Part shown: in pieces, positions 52,601 to 64,000 of the stretch
Numbering within the stretch: position 1 is the stretch's first letter
How the letters are laid out: each line of letters begins with the position of its first letter
Assembly: GCA_951406725.2 (NCBI GenBank)
Contig: OX597842.1
Span: 15,810,001 to 15,874,000 of the forward strand
Direction of reading: 5' to 3'
Source: Octopus vulgaris
Lineage: Eukaryota
DNA length: 64,000 bases
Translations under genes and position numbers: made by a program
Notes under the pieces: model-generated
What the model saw: only the letters and a program-made list of their open reading frames with translations
What the model was told of the DNA's origin: nothing
The model's database searches: none

Positions 52601-55340
52601 TCAGTTCTTATTAACAAATACTGTCCGCCTTGATTGGATGAGGAACACATTCCGGCTTTTCTATGGTGATGTGCCTTTCCTATCATCAACTGCTTTAAAA
52701 AGTCCTTGGGCACAATTTTGCTCCAAAAGCACTAGAAAAATGATCATGTTGTCAACAAAATTAAACGTTCCTCTTTAACTTCTACAAGGAAATTCTGTTT
52801 GCAGATACTGAGAACAAAGCTAAAATACAATAAAGATGAACTGGATGGATATATGCAGGAGATCCAAAGCAAAAGCAATGATTCCCATTCATAGACAGTT
52901 TGAAATGTCCATTGAAACCAGCAATCAAATACCGATTGATTAGTTCAGACTAATTTCAACCTTGAATATAAATGGCGAGATTTACAAGGTTGTACTCACA
53001 AAGAGATCAACTGTAAATCTACAGAATAATGAATATGGGACTAAAAGTATCTTGAAGACTGGAATCCTCTGGCATTCCAGGCTGTGTGGAACATGTGTCT
53101 TAAATCTAGGATGTGATACAAGACGGAAAGAAGAATAAAAGGGATTGAATGTTGTGTGATTTGATCTGGTTTATGGTTCTCTAGCAAACAAATTGTTGAT
53201 GGAAGCAGTGGACCTGTTTTATATATGAGAAAAGATTAAGGATCTGATGAGGAGCTGCTATAACAATTTCAATATGCAGTTCATGAGGAAAACTTTCTCG
53301 GCAGACTGGTATCATTTTGAAACGGGAATTGCTGTAGTTTCTACAAAATCAGTCATTTGGTTTGTGATTGTTATGGAGATGTTACTTAAATCAGCAGATT
53401 GATAAGAAATGGCTCAAAGGAAAACACTCGAGAAGACATTAATGGATTACATAACAATAGTAACAACAAATAAAAGGATATGCAAATAGTTCTGGATTAA
53501 CTGGGTAGACTGAGGAACTTGGTGAAGAATGTGCTTCAATGCAAATGGGTAATGAAGCCCGTCATTTGTGAAAGGTCAGCAGAAACAAGTGAAGGTCAAA
53601 ATAGCAGGAGAAACCCTGATGAAGTTTAAAGGGAAACTTGAAAAACTATTACGACGATGGTAAACTACCTAATTTTGCAATAATAGTAAAGGCATTGAGA
53701 TCAGTCACAGAACGAAGATGGGTTAAAAGAAATAAATATGCCAAACATTCTGGAAAATAAAAGATTTGGAGCTCGCACTTTGTATTCCCGTCTTTCTTAT
53801 ATATTTTTGAGTATCAGTCCTTTTGTACCATTTCAGATGTCTTCACTGCAATAATGTGTAGATGTCCAGTTGTATGTAGTTAATGGGGTTTTGTACAAGT
53901 GTGCAGTGTTTTAGGACACCTGATATCACTTTTTGTTTCATCTGTGGAGAACTGATCATTGCTCACCTTTATTAAGGAGTCTTAAAATATTCCCTGCACC
54001 AGATAATGACCAGGTGATCTGGGATGTAGGATGATAAAATTCAAGATTTTCCAACAGCAAAGAGAACTGGTATTATGTTTATTTTACTTGAAGTGGTGTG
54101 TCATGCATTTGTGACGAGATCTTTGGAGACCACATTGGATGATATTGCACTTTAGCAGAAGATGAGGAGAATGGTGGTTAGTGAAGTCTAGAGTTCAGAG
54201 GACAGTCGCATGTCATAGATTTGGTTCAGATATATGAAAGGAGAGATAGAACTATGAGAAGAAACAGTCTCATGAAATGATAATTAAATGAAATAATTGC
54301 AACATTGTTAGATTATGTAGGATGTCTCTGTTAAAGAGAAACAAAGTTTCGGAAAGTTAGTCTATTTTGTTGCGGGCCTAAATATTGAGCTATTACATGG
54401 TCCCACAATGGAAAGTATAAAAATACTGAGCAAAACCCTAGTGGTCACCAGCCAACCACTGTTGATAACAATGTCCCACAACAATAAACTACAGAATATT
54501 TATAGAGATAAATAAGTTTTACAATAAATTATATAACTTGGAAATATTTATTTCAGAGAGTCCAGTTCTGAAGGTGAGGGATCTTCTGAGAGTGGCTAAG
54601 AGGTTAGGAAGTGATTGGTGGCAAGTGGGTGAGTATATTTAATTTCTATATATTTTACTTTCACCTCATCAATTTTATTTGTCAGAATGAATGAGAACAA
54701 GTTACATTCCTCATTTCCCATTGATAGGTTACCTGTATGACAATTTTATTTACGATATTCCTGATATTTCATAAAATATCCACTGAGGTTAGCATGGTTG
54801 GTAATAATGGATAAACTAGAAAATAGAAATGGCGTTTAATATTATCTTTTGGAAGAGGGAACTAAAATATATTGTTTAAGGGTAAACAGGTGAGTGAATT
54901 TGTTTTACATTTTCTTTAGGTTCACTGTTAGGTTATTGTAATGAAGGACAAGTACCAAAGTTAACATCTAAAACAAAGCATCTTTCTTCAAACAGAAGAC
55001 TTTGAGTTTGGTTCTTCTTGCAGCCATTATTTATTGGGTTATTGTGTTGGAAGCTGATAATTCCAATTTAGATTGTACACAGCGTTTTATATTATTGTCA
55101 ATGTTGTTGCATTTATTTCTTATTGTTGTGTCTTTTGCAGCTATTTGTTTAGGAGTTGATACAACTGAACTGAAAATTGATGATGAGTCTATTGACACTG
55201 TAAAACAAGGCTACCTGATGCTTCACGAATGGTTTAAAAATTGCGACCCAGAAACACGGACACACGCAACATTAAGTGCAGCTCTTGAAGAAGCTGAATG
55301 TTTCACTGCGATGGAATGTCTGTCATTAGACGCAAAGTGA
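35208..55340 (+). CDS. Gene B: ankyrin repeat - C3HC4 RING - death domain protein (exons 35208-35285, 39775-39984, 41718-41893, 44732-44874, 47648-47725, 49916-49966, 54557-54628, 55141-55340; conditional exons 45955-46005 and 51992-52039)
   Basis: Canonical AG/GT sites and compatible phases give one open frame to TGA at 55338-55340. Ankyrin motifs MTPLLEAVSRGH and GNSCLHLAV; RING CLLC-x11-CGHLVICKGC-x7-CLKC; death domain LLRVAKRLGSDWWQVAICLG...QGYLMLHEWF...ATLSAALEE. The start codon is not securely identified. Confidence 0.85.
35450..36700 (+). mobile_element. Hero/R2-group non-LTR retrotransposon 3' remnant (restriction-like endonuclease)
   Basis: YDTLPTPSNLHR, CRLCG, RPDVVLWS...IIIERTVTW...AHERK..RY...VEVGCRGF; several stops. 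Confidence 0.8.
37020..38352. repeat. Polypurine low-complexity tract with 30-bp tandem unit (gaaaagaaagtgagaaggcaagagaggaga)
   Basis: Almost pure A/G on the + strand for about 1.3 kb. Confidence 0.9.
44732..44874 (+). CDS. RING finger exon of gene B (IAP/Mind-bomb-type C3HC4)
   Basis: CLLCRNKTATTKAHPCGHLVICKGCSNVPLQQCLKCLKPV; cag acceptor at 44729-44731, gtaaga donor at 44875. Confidence 0.88.
47979..48817 (-). mobile_element. RTE LINE 3' fragment
   Basis: Reverse complement resembles 32900-33700, including the (CAT)n tail. Similar fragments at 62902-63535 (-), about 49300-49800 (-), 50890-51085 (+) and 8362-8459 (+). Confidence 0.8.
52960..53790 (+). mobile_element. Highly degenerate non-LTR RT remnant (Hero-like)
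   Basis: GIPGCVEH, ETGIAV...SVIWFVIVMEMLL and MDYITIV fragments resemble RT motifs; many stops. Confidence 0.5.
54557..55340 (+). CDS. Death domain of gene B, two exons (54557-54628, 55141-55340)
   Basis: Spliced ESPVLKVRDLLRVAKRLGSDWWQVAICLGVDTTELKIDDESIDTVKQGYLMLHEWFKNCDPETRTHATLSAALEEAECFTAMECLSLDAK* fits the death-domain pattern (LGxDWxxLAxxLG ... Q xx ML xx W ... T xxx L xx AL). Confidence 0.85.
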
Positions 55341-57836
55341 ATTTCCATGTAACTGTTGTTGTTTAGCTTCAGATTAACCTTGACCAAACAGAGTCTTTTG
55401 ATCAAACGCATTCCAGCCAGGACCATCATGCCTATTTCCAAAGAGAACCCACAACCACCTCGTCCAATATGCCCTTCTGTACAGTGATATCGTGTGAATT
55501 TAGCTACTAATTCTAGCAGGTATATCAACCACATTGTGATCCCATCACTGGTTTTGCTCCTTTGTTAAAAATTCACTTTTAAAATAAAGACAAACTTTGA
55601 AATGTTCATTTATTGTTGTTGCTGTTGTATATCTAATCCCATCCCTAAACAACCCCATTGTTATATAGACAGCTTTAATATCTTCTCCTATATTGATAGT
55701 TATCTACCTTCATTTTTAGCTGAGAGTAGAATGCCTGGTATATATATATTGATGTCTTTTCCTTTATATATCCTATAGAGATAGTATTTCTATATAATAC
55801 ATGATGTATCTAAGGATATATCTCACTTTCTCCTGTTGTGGTTTAAGACAGGCCTCTCCAAAGTGGCGGTGGTTGAATAAAAATTCAGGGGGTTTTGAGT
55901 GCAATATACAATATTTTAATTTTATATTCTTACTTTATGACCTTCGTTATTTACTAATGACTGCAATTTTCGTCAGTAAAAATAAAACTTCACTATTATA
56001 CATATGAAAATAAATCAAACAAATTAAAATTAAACAATAGCTGTGCTGAAAAATTGTGAGATAATAAAATAATGATACAACATTTGTTGTTTTAATTGCA
56101 TGTGATTGTGGAAAAGCCACAGTGTCTCCCTCTTTTTAAATAACTTCAGATAAAGGAAGAGTACAATTCTTCCCTACAATATTTACCTTCATATTACTCC
56201 ACTGTTATTACATGTTATTTTAATTTGAAATTAGATTTCAAGTTCTTACAGCAGAGACCAAGATTAAATAAGTAAAATACATGAGACCTTTATGTACATT
56301 ATAAGATGTGATAGGAAGCTCTACCGAGCAGACTTTTGTGGAAGTGGAAAGGAAGACTCATAAGTATTCTCCACTTTTTATTGGATTCTTTTGTGATAGA
56401 AGTGAACAAACCTGATTGTTTTTAAATTAAATAATCAAGATATTTAAATTAGATAAAAATAAACTTTATTCAGAAATTGATAATTACTTTTAAAGCAAAC
56501 CGAAATTTTACCGTGAGTGTGTTAAATAATAAGGCACTAAAAGAGAATGACTCTCCCCAGACACAACAAAATTATTTTGCATCAAACTTTGTACAAAATT
56601 ATTCCAAATAAATTGATAACATAAGTTTCTGATTTTTTTCTTGGATAACTGGGGGAGAAATGCTTTTCACACATTATATGCCATGTAAATACACAACAAA
56701 ATAATAAAGCTGTCCAAAGCTGTAGGTTACTGTTTATATAGACCAGCTGGAGCAAATTTAGTTTTAACATTTAATGCATAACAATAAACTCATTTATATA
56801 AGTGTTAGTTTTCTATAAATTGAGAAAACGTAAGACATTTACTGACTTTATAAAACTAAAAAGAGTAACTTCAAACTTTGATGACCCCAGACAAATTCCT
56901 TTACTGACTGAGATTTCATCTTGTTCTGGTCAATGCCTGTGAAAGTAATTTTCATATTTTAAAAGCATCAAAAGGAAAATATGTTGCCCAGAGAGAGAGG
57001 TTGAATTTGTCAAATTATAAAAGCACAGAGAATAATGATGGACTGGACATTTTCTTTAGGTTAATGATCAGAGGATCCTTAAACAGATGCTATATTCTAA
57101 ACTTCTGTATGGAGCGAGCCCCCAGAAGAAACGAAGACTACGATTTAAGGACTGTGTATGTATATATATATATATAACTGAGCGGATACTTACCAGGCTG
57201 AAAAAATGTACTTTAATGAGGTCAATTGGTTCGACTAAAAATCCTGCAAGGCGGTAACCCAGCATGGCCACAATTCAATGACTGAAAAAAGGAAAAAAAA
57301 AGAGGCAATATACGAAAATTGTCATCGACGTCAACAAGTTCCCCGTCGCTCTTTCACAAATTCAGCGAAGCAGAAATGAAAGCACACACACACACACTCA
57401 TACAATTTCTTCAGAACGTCACAGTTTTAAGGTCAACATTTTTAAAGCATAAATAGCTACGAGTGTGCGTCTTTGCATGTATCTATATGTGTGGGTGTTA
57501 GGACGGGTGGGTGTTTGAGCACAGTCCACCCATACCCAAGGTGGTCGCATCGTCTCATGTGACCCAGCCACGAAATTCTTTTTCTCCCACGAGTGTTCCG
57601 GATCCCATTAATGAACTCATTTGCATACAACCAGTCAGAGCTCACCTTCAACTTGTTGTCAGGTTAACAAACAGGAGTGTCTGTATGGGAAGTAGCTCGC
57701 TTACTAACCACATGATTCCGGGTTCAATCCCACTACATGGCACCATGGGCAAATGTTTTCTACCATAGCCTCAGACCGACCAAAGCTTTGTCAGTGGATT
57801 TTGTACACGGAAACAGAAGGAAGCCCGTCGTATATA

Positions 57837-57889
<53 letters not shown>

Positions 57890-58075
57890 ATGTATGTACG
57901 TGTGTGTGTCTGTGTTTGTCCGCCCAACATAGTTCCACAACCAATGCTGGTGTGTTTACGTCCCTGTAACTTAGCGGTTCGGCAAAGGAGACCGATAGAA
58001 TAAGTACTAGGTTTACAAAGAATAGGTCCTCTGGTCGATTTACTCGACAAAAGTCGGTGCTCCAGCATACAACCA

Positions 58076-58108
<33 letters not shown>

Positions 58109-58667
58109 CTTTATATATATATATACCTTTATATATGTCTATATCTATCATTATATATATCTATATCTATCTATCTTTATATATATATATATACATACAT
58201 ACCCACACACGCATATATACTATCTAAAACAAAATAATCACCTGATCAAGTCCAAAGGATTGTACTAGATATTGTTATTACTTTATATAGTTGTGGCGTG
58301 TAATTAAATGTAAATTAGAAGCTAGTCAATGTTTATTTGTTAAAGGTATCAGCAGAAAGCTTGCATGCGTATGTGTGTCTGTTGGTGCGCCAATGCTCGT
58401 GTCCCCTTCGCAAGCGAAAAACGAGCCCGTTTCAATTCGAAACTGTCACGTCGGTTTTATATGACTATGTTATTTTTTAGTTATCTCCCTTAATTAAAGA
58501 ATATACACTTTTGGCGCTATTTGCTCTTTTAATCTCTCACTTTTTTCAGTCATTTGACTGCGGCCATGCTGGTGCACCACCTTTAGTCGAGCAAATCTAC
58601 CCCAGGACTTATTCTTTGTAAGCCTAGTACTCATTCTATCGGTGTCTTTTGCCGAACCGCTAAGTTA

Positions 58668-59515
58668 CATCGTGTGTCGTTGCTTTTACAAGGCAAGTTT
58701 GATGTGAAGGTATGGAAGGAAGATTTTCTGGGTTTACCAGCGGCACATGCTGCACATTGTAGCGACCAATTATGCGCTCATCTCTTTTAGAGCAGTCTTT
58801 TACAGTGTAATGGTTGCTGTCATCACGACTGTTCCAAAAATACAAGAAGTGCATATTTTTGATGTATTCCAGCTGCAGTCCTAGGAGGAGGTAAATCATC
58901 TTTAAATCACCAGAAATATTTCACTTATGAACTGAGTAATTAACTCCTTTCAGAATGAGTTCCATCGATTCATAAGTTTCTTCCATACCGATAGCATGAC
59001 CCACAGAAATGGAAGGTTTTTCATTACCATTATGTAACAGCACAGCTTCGAGGCTAACCTTACTCGAGTCTTTAAACATTCTCCATTCGTTTGTCACATA
59101 CACTTGTCGTAGTTTTTGCATAAGTGCATTAACGTTAGTGCAGAAACAAGCATTATTTTCTTGCTTGAAAAAGACAGATAAGCCTTCATGGCGAGAATGG
59201 AAAATAGAAATTTTCGCACCTTACTGTTGGAGATTCCGTTGCTGTAGTCTGGATCCCAAAACTTCTGCCTTCTCCTTTGACAATGGTAGGTCTTTTACTA
59301 AATCATTCAAATCTTCTTGATTAAACAAGCTTGGCTCACTTTTCTTAGAATCAACTACGTACTCTCCATTATTTACATCATTTACATTTGACGGATATTT
59401 GTCCTCATCTGGTTTGTTGTTAACACAACATTTCGGCTGATATACGCTCCAGCCTTCTTCAGGTGTCTTGGGGGAATTTGAAACCTGAGTTCACATTCCT
59501 AAGGTATTTTTCAAT
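58668..59515 (-). mobile_element. Degenerate DNA transposase, probably Chapaev3/CMC-like
   Basis: LNDLVKDLPLSKEKAEVLGSRLQQ, EWRMFKDSSKVSLEAVLLHNGN, GDLK, LLLGLQ...WNSR motifs. Family assignment is from memory of this motif set. Confidence 0.6.
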
Positions 59516-59545
59516 GTTGTTGTTGTTATTATTATCATTATTATT

Positions 59546-59625
<80 letters not shown>

Positions 59626-59792
59626 CTTTATATATATATATATGTTAAAGTTTCAGCCCAGAGCTACGGCCATGCTGATGACAGCATTTATATGTACCTG
59701 TATCTAGAGTTATATTTCTCTCTCTCTCTCTCTTTCACTCTCTCACTCTCTCTCTCTCTCTCTACTCGCTCACATATATGTATATATACAAA

Positions 59793-59943
<151 letters not shown>

Positions 59944-60302
59944 GCATAAAGACGAGAAATGTGTATATTCCTACATTTCTGAGGTCCTACATAAGTAGCA
60001 GGCAACAACACAAGCCTACATAAGCACAGACATAAACGAAGAGAAAGAGAGAGAGGGGGAAAGAAAGAGAGAAAGTGAGCGAGAGCGAGATAGAGTGAGA
60101 AGGGGAGGGTTACGGAAAAGAAAGACTGAGCGAAGAAAGGTTTGGGGTGAGAGAGAGAGAGAGAAGAAGAAGAAAAGAGGTGAAAATGACAAACACTCAT
60201 TTTAAATCAATTTTTTCCTTATGACGTCATAATCTCTCTGCCTGACATCGTCCGACACCTTAACATTCAGTCGAATTATCTGTCTATACACACACACACA
60301 AG

Positions 60303-60347
<45 letters not shown>

Positions 60348-61413
60348 TTCCGTTTTTTTTGCCATATATATACCTATTTGTGGGTTTGTGTGTGTGTGTG
60401 TGTGATATGTGAGACGCAATGGCCCATGATTAGGTGGTGTGTGTGGAGACTCAATGGCCCAGTGTTAGGAGGATCGCGGTTTCGATCCCCAGACCAGACG
60501 GAAACTGAAAGAAGCCTGTCGTATTTGTATATGTGTGTGCCTGTGTTTGTCCCCCCAACATCGCTTGACAACCGATGCTGGTATGTTTACGTCCCCGAAC
60601 TCACAACGTAACGACAAAAGAAATACGGCAAAGCATTTCGCCCGGCGTGCTAACGATTCTGCCAGTTCGCCACAAATCTGTAAACTCTGTTGTTGAAGAC
60701 ATGGGAATTGCCCATTATCTGGTTGAGTTCTTAAACTCACTGGATCCACAACGATCCCCCTCGTTGCCTTCCATTGAAAATGAAAATCATGCCTCTGCAG
60801 ACCTTTTCCCAACCGAAGCTGTGCAGTGGTACAAGAATTGTTGTGAAGAAATTAACGAGAAATATCATAGAAGCCACAATAATTTTTGTCTTTGGAAAAG
60901 GTGAAGATATATTTATGCCTCACTTAATTTAATACCTTCAAATATTCGCATCGAATTCAAACGACTTCAATTTCCAATACGTCAGTCTCTTGCGATGTCC
61001 ATTGATAAGTACCAAGATCAGACTTTCAAAGTTACTGCTTTGCAATTAGAGAAGGGTTGTTTTTTTACAAAGACATATGCTGGGGTTCCAGAGTGGGGAG
61101 CAAAGACAATTTTATCATTTTCACCCCTACAGGTAAAACTCAAACCAATGTCTGTTAGGACGATTTTAGCATGGGATCAACGAACAAGATTTGCAGAATG
61201 AATAAAAACTTTGAATTGAAATTGTCAACGCAACACTATATTCGCATAAGAAAATGTATTTCTATTTTTTGGTTGTTGTAATACTTAAGTTCAATAATTC
61301 TGTTGTTTCTGGAGAGAATCATTTTCGTTTTGTGCCTTATTATGTAAAACACTCACCGGTAAAATTCCCACTTTTTTCTTATTTTTATTGTCCTAAAATT
61401 TTCGTTGCGTCTT

Positions 61414-61487
<74 letters not shown>

Positions 61488-61509
61488 GGTGAATGTGTTA
61501 TATTATAAC

Positions 61510-62158
61510 ATCCGAAAGGATGAAAGGCAAAGTCGACCTCGGCGGAATTTGAACTCAGAACGTAACGGCAGACGAAATACCTATTTCTTTACTACCCACA
61601 AGGGGCTAAACACAGAGGAGACAAACAAGGACAGACAAACGGATTAAGTCGATTATATCGACCCCAGTGCATAACTGGTACATATTTTATGGACCTCGGA
61701 AGGATGAAAGGCAAAGTCGACATCGGTGGAATTTGAAACCAGAATCTAACGGCAGACGAAATACCTATTTCTTTACTGCCCAAAGAGGCTAAACACAGAC
61801 GGGACAAACAAGGACAGAAAAGCGGATTAAGTCGATTATATCGAGCCCAGTGCGTAACTGGTACTTAATTTATCGACCCTGAAAGGATGAAAGGAATTTG
61901 AACTCAGAACGTAACGGCAGACGAAATACCTATTTCTTTAGTACCCACAAGGGCTAAACACAGAGGGAACAAGCAAGGACAGACAAACATATTAAGTCGA
62001 TTATATCGAGCCCAGTGCGTAACTGGTACTTATTTAATGGGCCCCGAAAGGATGAAAGGCAAAGTCGACCTCGGCGGAATTTGAACCCAGAACGTAACGG
62101 CAGACGAAATACTGCTAAGCATTTCGCCCGGCGTGCTAACGTTTCTGCCAGCTCGCCA
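61510..62158 (-). mobile_element. Family-3 SINE with three to four tandem internal ~180 bp units
   Basis: Repeated gaaaggatgaaaggcaaagtcgacctcggcggaatttgaactcagaacgtaacggcagacgaaatac blocks. Confidence 0.85.
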
Positions 62159-62854
62159 CATTAATAAAAGCGAAATTCCCATGTGCCTGTGACCCCTGTC
62201 CCTCAGTCTACATAGACATATTCTACCTTTTTGGAATCAGGATGATCCCAGGATTGAAACTCTGCTCTACATTTGGTTCTTGACGATCCAGCATTGGGAT
62301 CTGGCTTAAAACCATTTTGGCTGCTATTTCTAGCAGGTAAAGCCACAGTGTGAGGTACAAGAGTTACGTCCCTTAGCTTAAGGTGTTACTGAGGAATTTT
62401 GTAGTTTTTTTCACTTTTTTCAGTTATTAGACTGCGGCCACGCTGGGGCACCGCATTGAAGAATTGTAATCTAAGAAATTGACACAAGTTATTTCTTACT
62501 TCTGTCTGGTAGATTTTATTGGCCTCTTATAGCGAACCGCTAAGTCACATGGAGATAAACGTAAACGACAGACATACACACAAAGCCACTATACACGCAC
62601 GCACACACACACACATACATACATACATACGTACATACATACGTATATACAGACGTACATATGTACATACATACATACATACATACATACGTAATACATG
62701 CATAATACATATATACATACATACATATATACATACATACATACGTACATATTTACGTACGTACATACATACACACATACACGTACATACATACATACAT
62801 AATACATACATACGTACGTACGTACATACATACCACATACATACACACAGAAAT

Positions 62855-62895
<41 letters not shown>

Positions 62896-62901
62896 TATAT
62901 A

Positions 62902-63528
62902 TCATCATCGTTTAACGTCCGTTTTCCATGCTAGCATGGGTTGGACGGTTCGACCGGGGTCTGGGAAGCCAGGAGGCTGGCAACGGCCACGATCGAATGG
63001 TGTTTTTTATGTGCCCCCAGCACGGAAGCCAGTCAAGACGGCGGTGGCATCAGTCACGTTGAGATGGTGTTTTGAAAGTGCCATTGGCGCGGGTATCAGA
63101 ACTACAATTTCCATTTGATGTTGATGTACTTGACTCAATAGGTCTCCTCAAGCACAGCAGGTCACCCTACGATCCAAGGTAAGCACAGCAGGCCGTCCTG
63201 CGATCCAAGGTATTTCCGATGGGTTGGGGCTGTTATGTGAAGCTGCTGCAGGAAACAGCCTCACGTTATTTGTCGGGTCATCGCAGTTACAGCATATCTC
63301 CAGATGTCTCGGTCTTTCGTCATTGCCTCTGTGAGGCCCAACGCTCGAAGGTCATGCTTGATCACCTCATTCCATGTCTTCCTGGGTCTACCTCTACCCC
63401 GGATTCCTTCAACTGTTTGGGAGTGGCACTTTTTCGCACATCTCTTCTCATCCATCCGGAGAACATGACTATACCAGCGCAAACATCTTTCTTGCCTGCC
63501 ACATCCGATGCTTGTTATGTCCAGCATT

Positions 63529-63535
<7 letters not shown>
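62902..63535 (-). mobile_element. RTE LINE 3' fragment
   Basis: LRWYSHVLRMDEKRCAKKC...RGRGRPRKTWNEVIKHDL is homologous to 32986-33207. Confidence 0.85.
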
Positions 63536-63576
<41 letters not shown>

Positions 63577-63580
<4 letters not shown>

Positions 63581-63983
63581 ACAATCAAGGAACGGCCATA
63601 ATAGGCCATTCACCCACTAGAAATAACAGCCAAAGCTTCAACCGCAAATAAAGATTAATTCCGTAAACAGGAGAAAATTTAAAAAACATTTACCCTGTAA
63701 TTTCTTGTACGATGTACCGTTTCATCTGATGTTTAATGGTAAACTAACCTGATTAAATTAAATCAAGCCAATCTTCCATAGGCCCTCAGATTCTTCAGCA
63801 AGAAATAGCCAAGTCGGAACAGATATTTTCACGAGGCATTTCCGACCCTGCCAAGGCAATATCTGACCTAAAATTTTCAAATCGTCGCACTGTTTACGGA
63901 ATTAATCTTTATTTGCGGTTGAAGCTTTGGCTGTTATTTCTAGTGGGTGAATGGCCTATTATGGCCGTTCCTTGATTGTTGAT
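63577..63983. repeat. 94-bp inverted repeat (63577-63670 / 63890-63983) enclosing a hammerhead; Penelope-type inverted pLTR
   Basis: Arms are exact reverse complements as read by eye; they contain the ggctg[c/t]tatttcta motif shared with the other Penelope-type repeats. Confidence 0.85.
63700..63806 (-). ncRNA. Type I hammerhead ribozyme motif (best-preserved copy)
   Basis: Minus strand: atttcttg-CTGAAGA-atctga...tcagat-GAAA-cggtacatcg-TA-caagaaat; perfect 8-bp stem I, 6-bp stem II, base-paired stem III, GUA triplet. Confidence 0.78.
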
Positions 63984-64000
63984 GTTGAACTTAAAAATGG

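Overview
Eukaryotic, AT-rich, microsatellite- and transposon-dense genomic DNA. The SINE families, RTE LINE and (TA)n/(CA)n density point to an octopus (coleoid cephalopod); this is inferred, not proven. Most ORFs in the supplied track are microsatellite artefacts. The real genes are spliced and form a cluster of three paralogs. Gene A (- strand, ATG at 7488) has four ankyrin-region exons and runs off the left edge. Gene B (+ strand, 35208-55340) encodes ankyrin repeats, a C3HC4 RING, a linker of tandemly duplicated mini-exons and a C-terminal death domain. Gene C (- strand) is a relic retaining only a 5' exon and the last death-domain exon. Gene B's linker is the most striking part: five phase-1 mini-exons from a duplicated ~2 kb unit. 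Three encode dynein light chain LC8-type (K/R)xVQT motifs, and two are frame-intact but have a single G>A change in an invariant splice dinucleotide, which A-to-I editing could reverse. Penelope-derived repeats carry several type I hammerhead ribozyme folds and form large inverted repeats. Other elements: a young Merlin (IS1595-like) DNA transposon with a nested Helitron, a near-complete RTE LINE, Hero/RLE LINE, Helitron, Tc1 and Chapaev-like remnants, MITEs and many SINEs.
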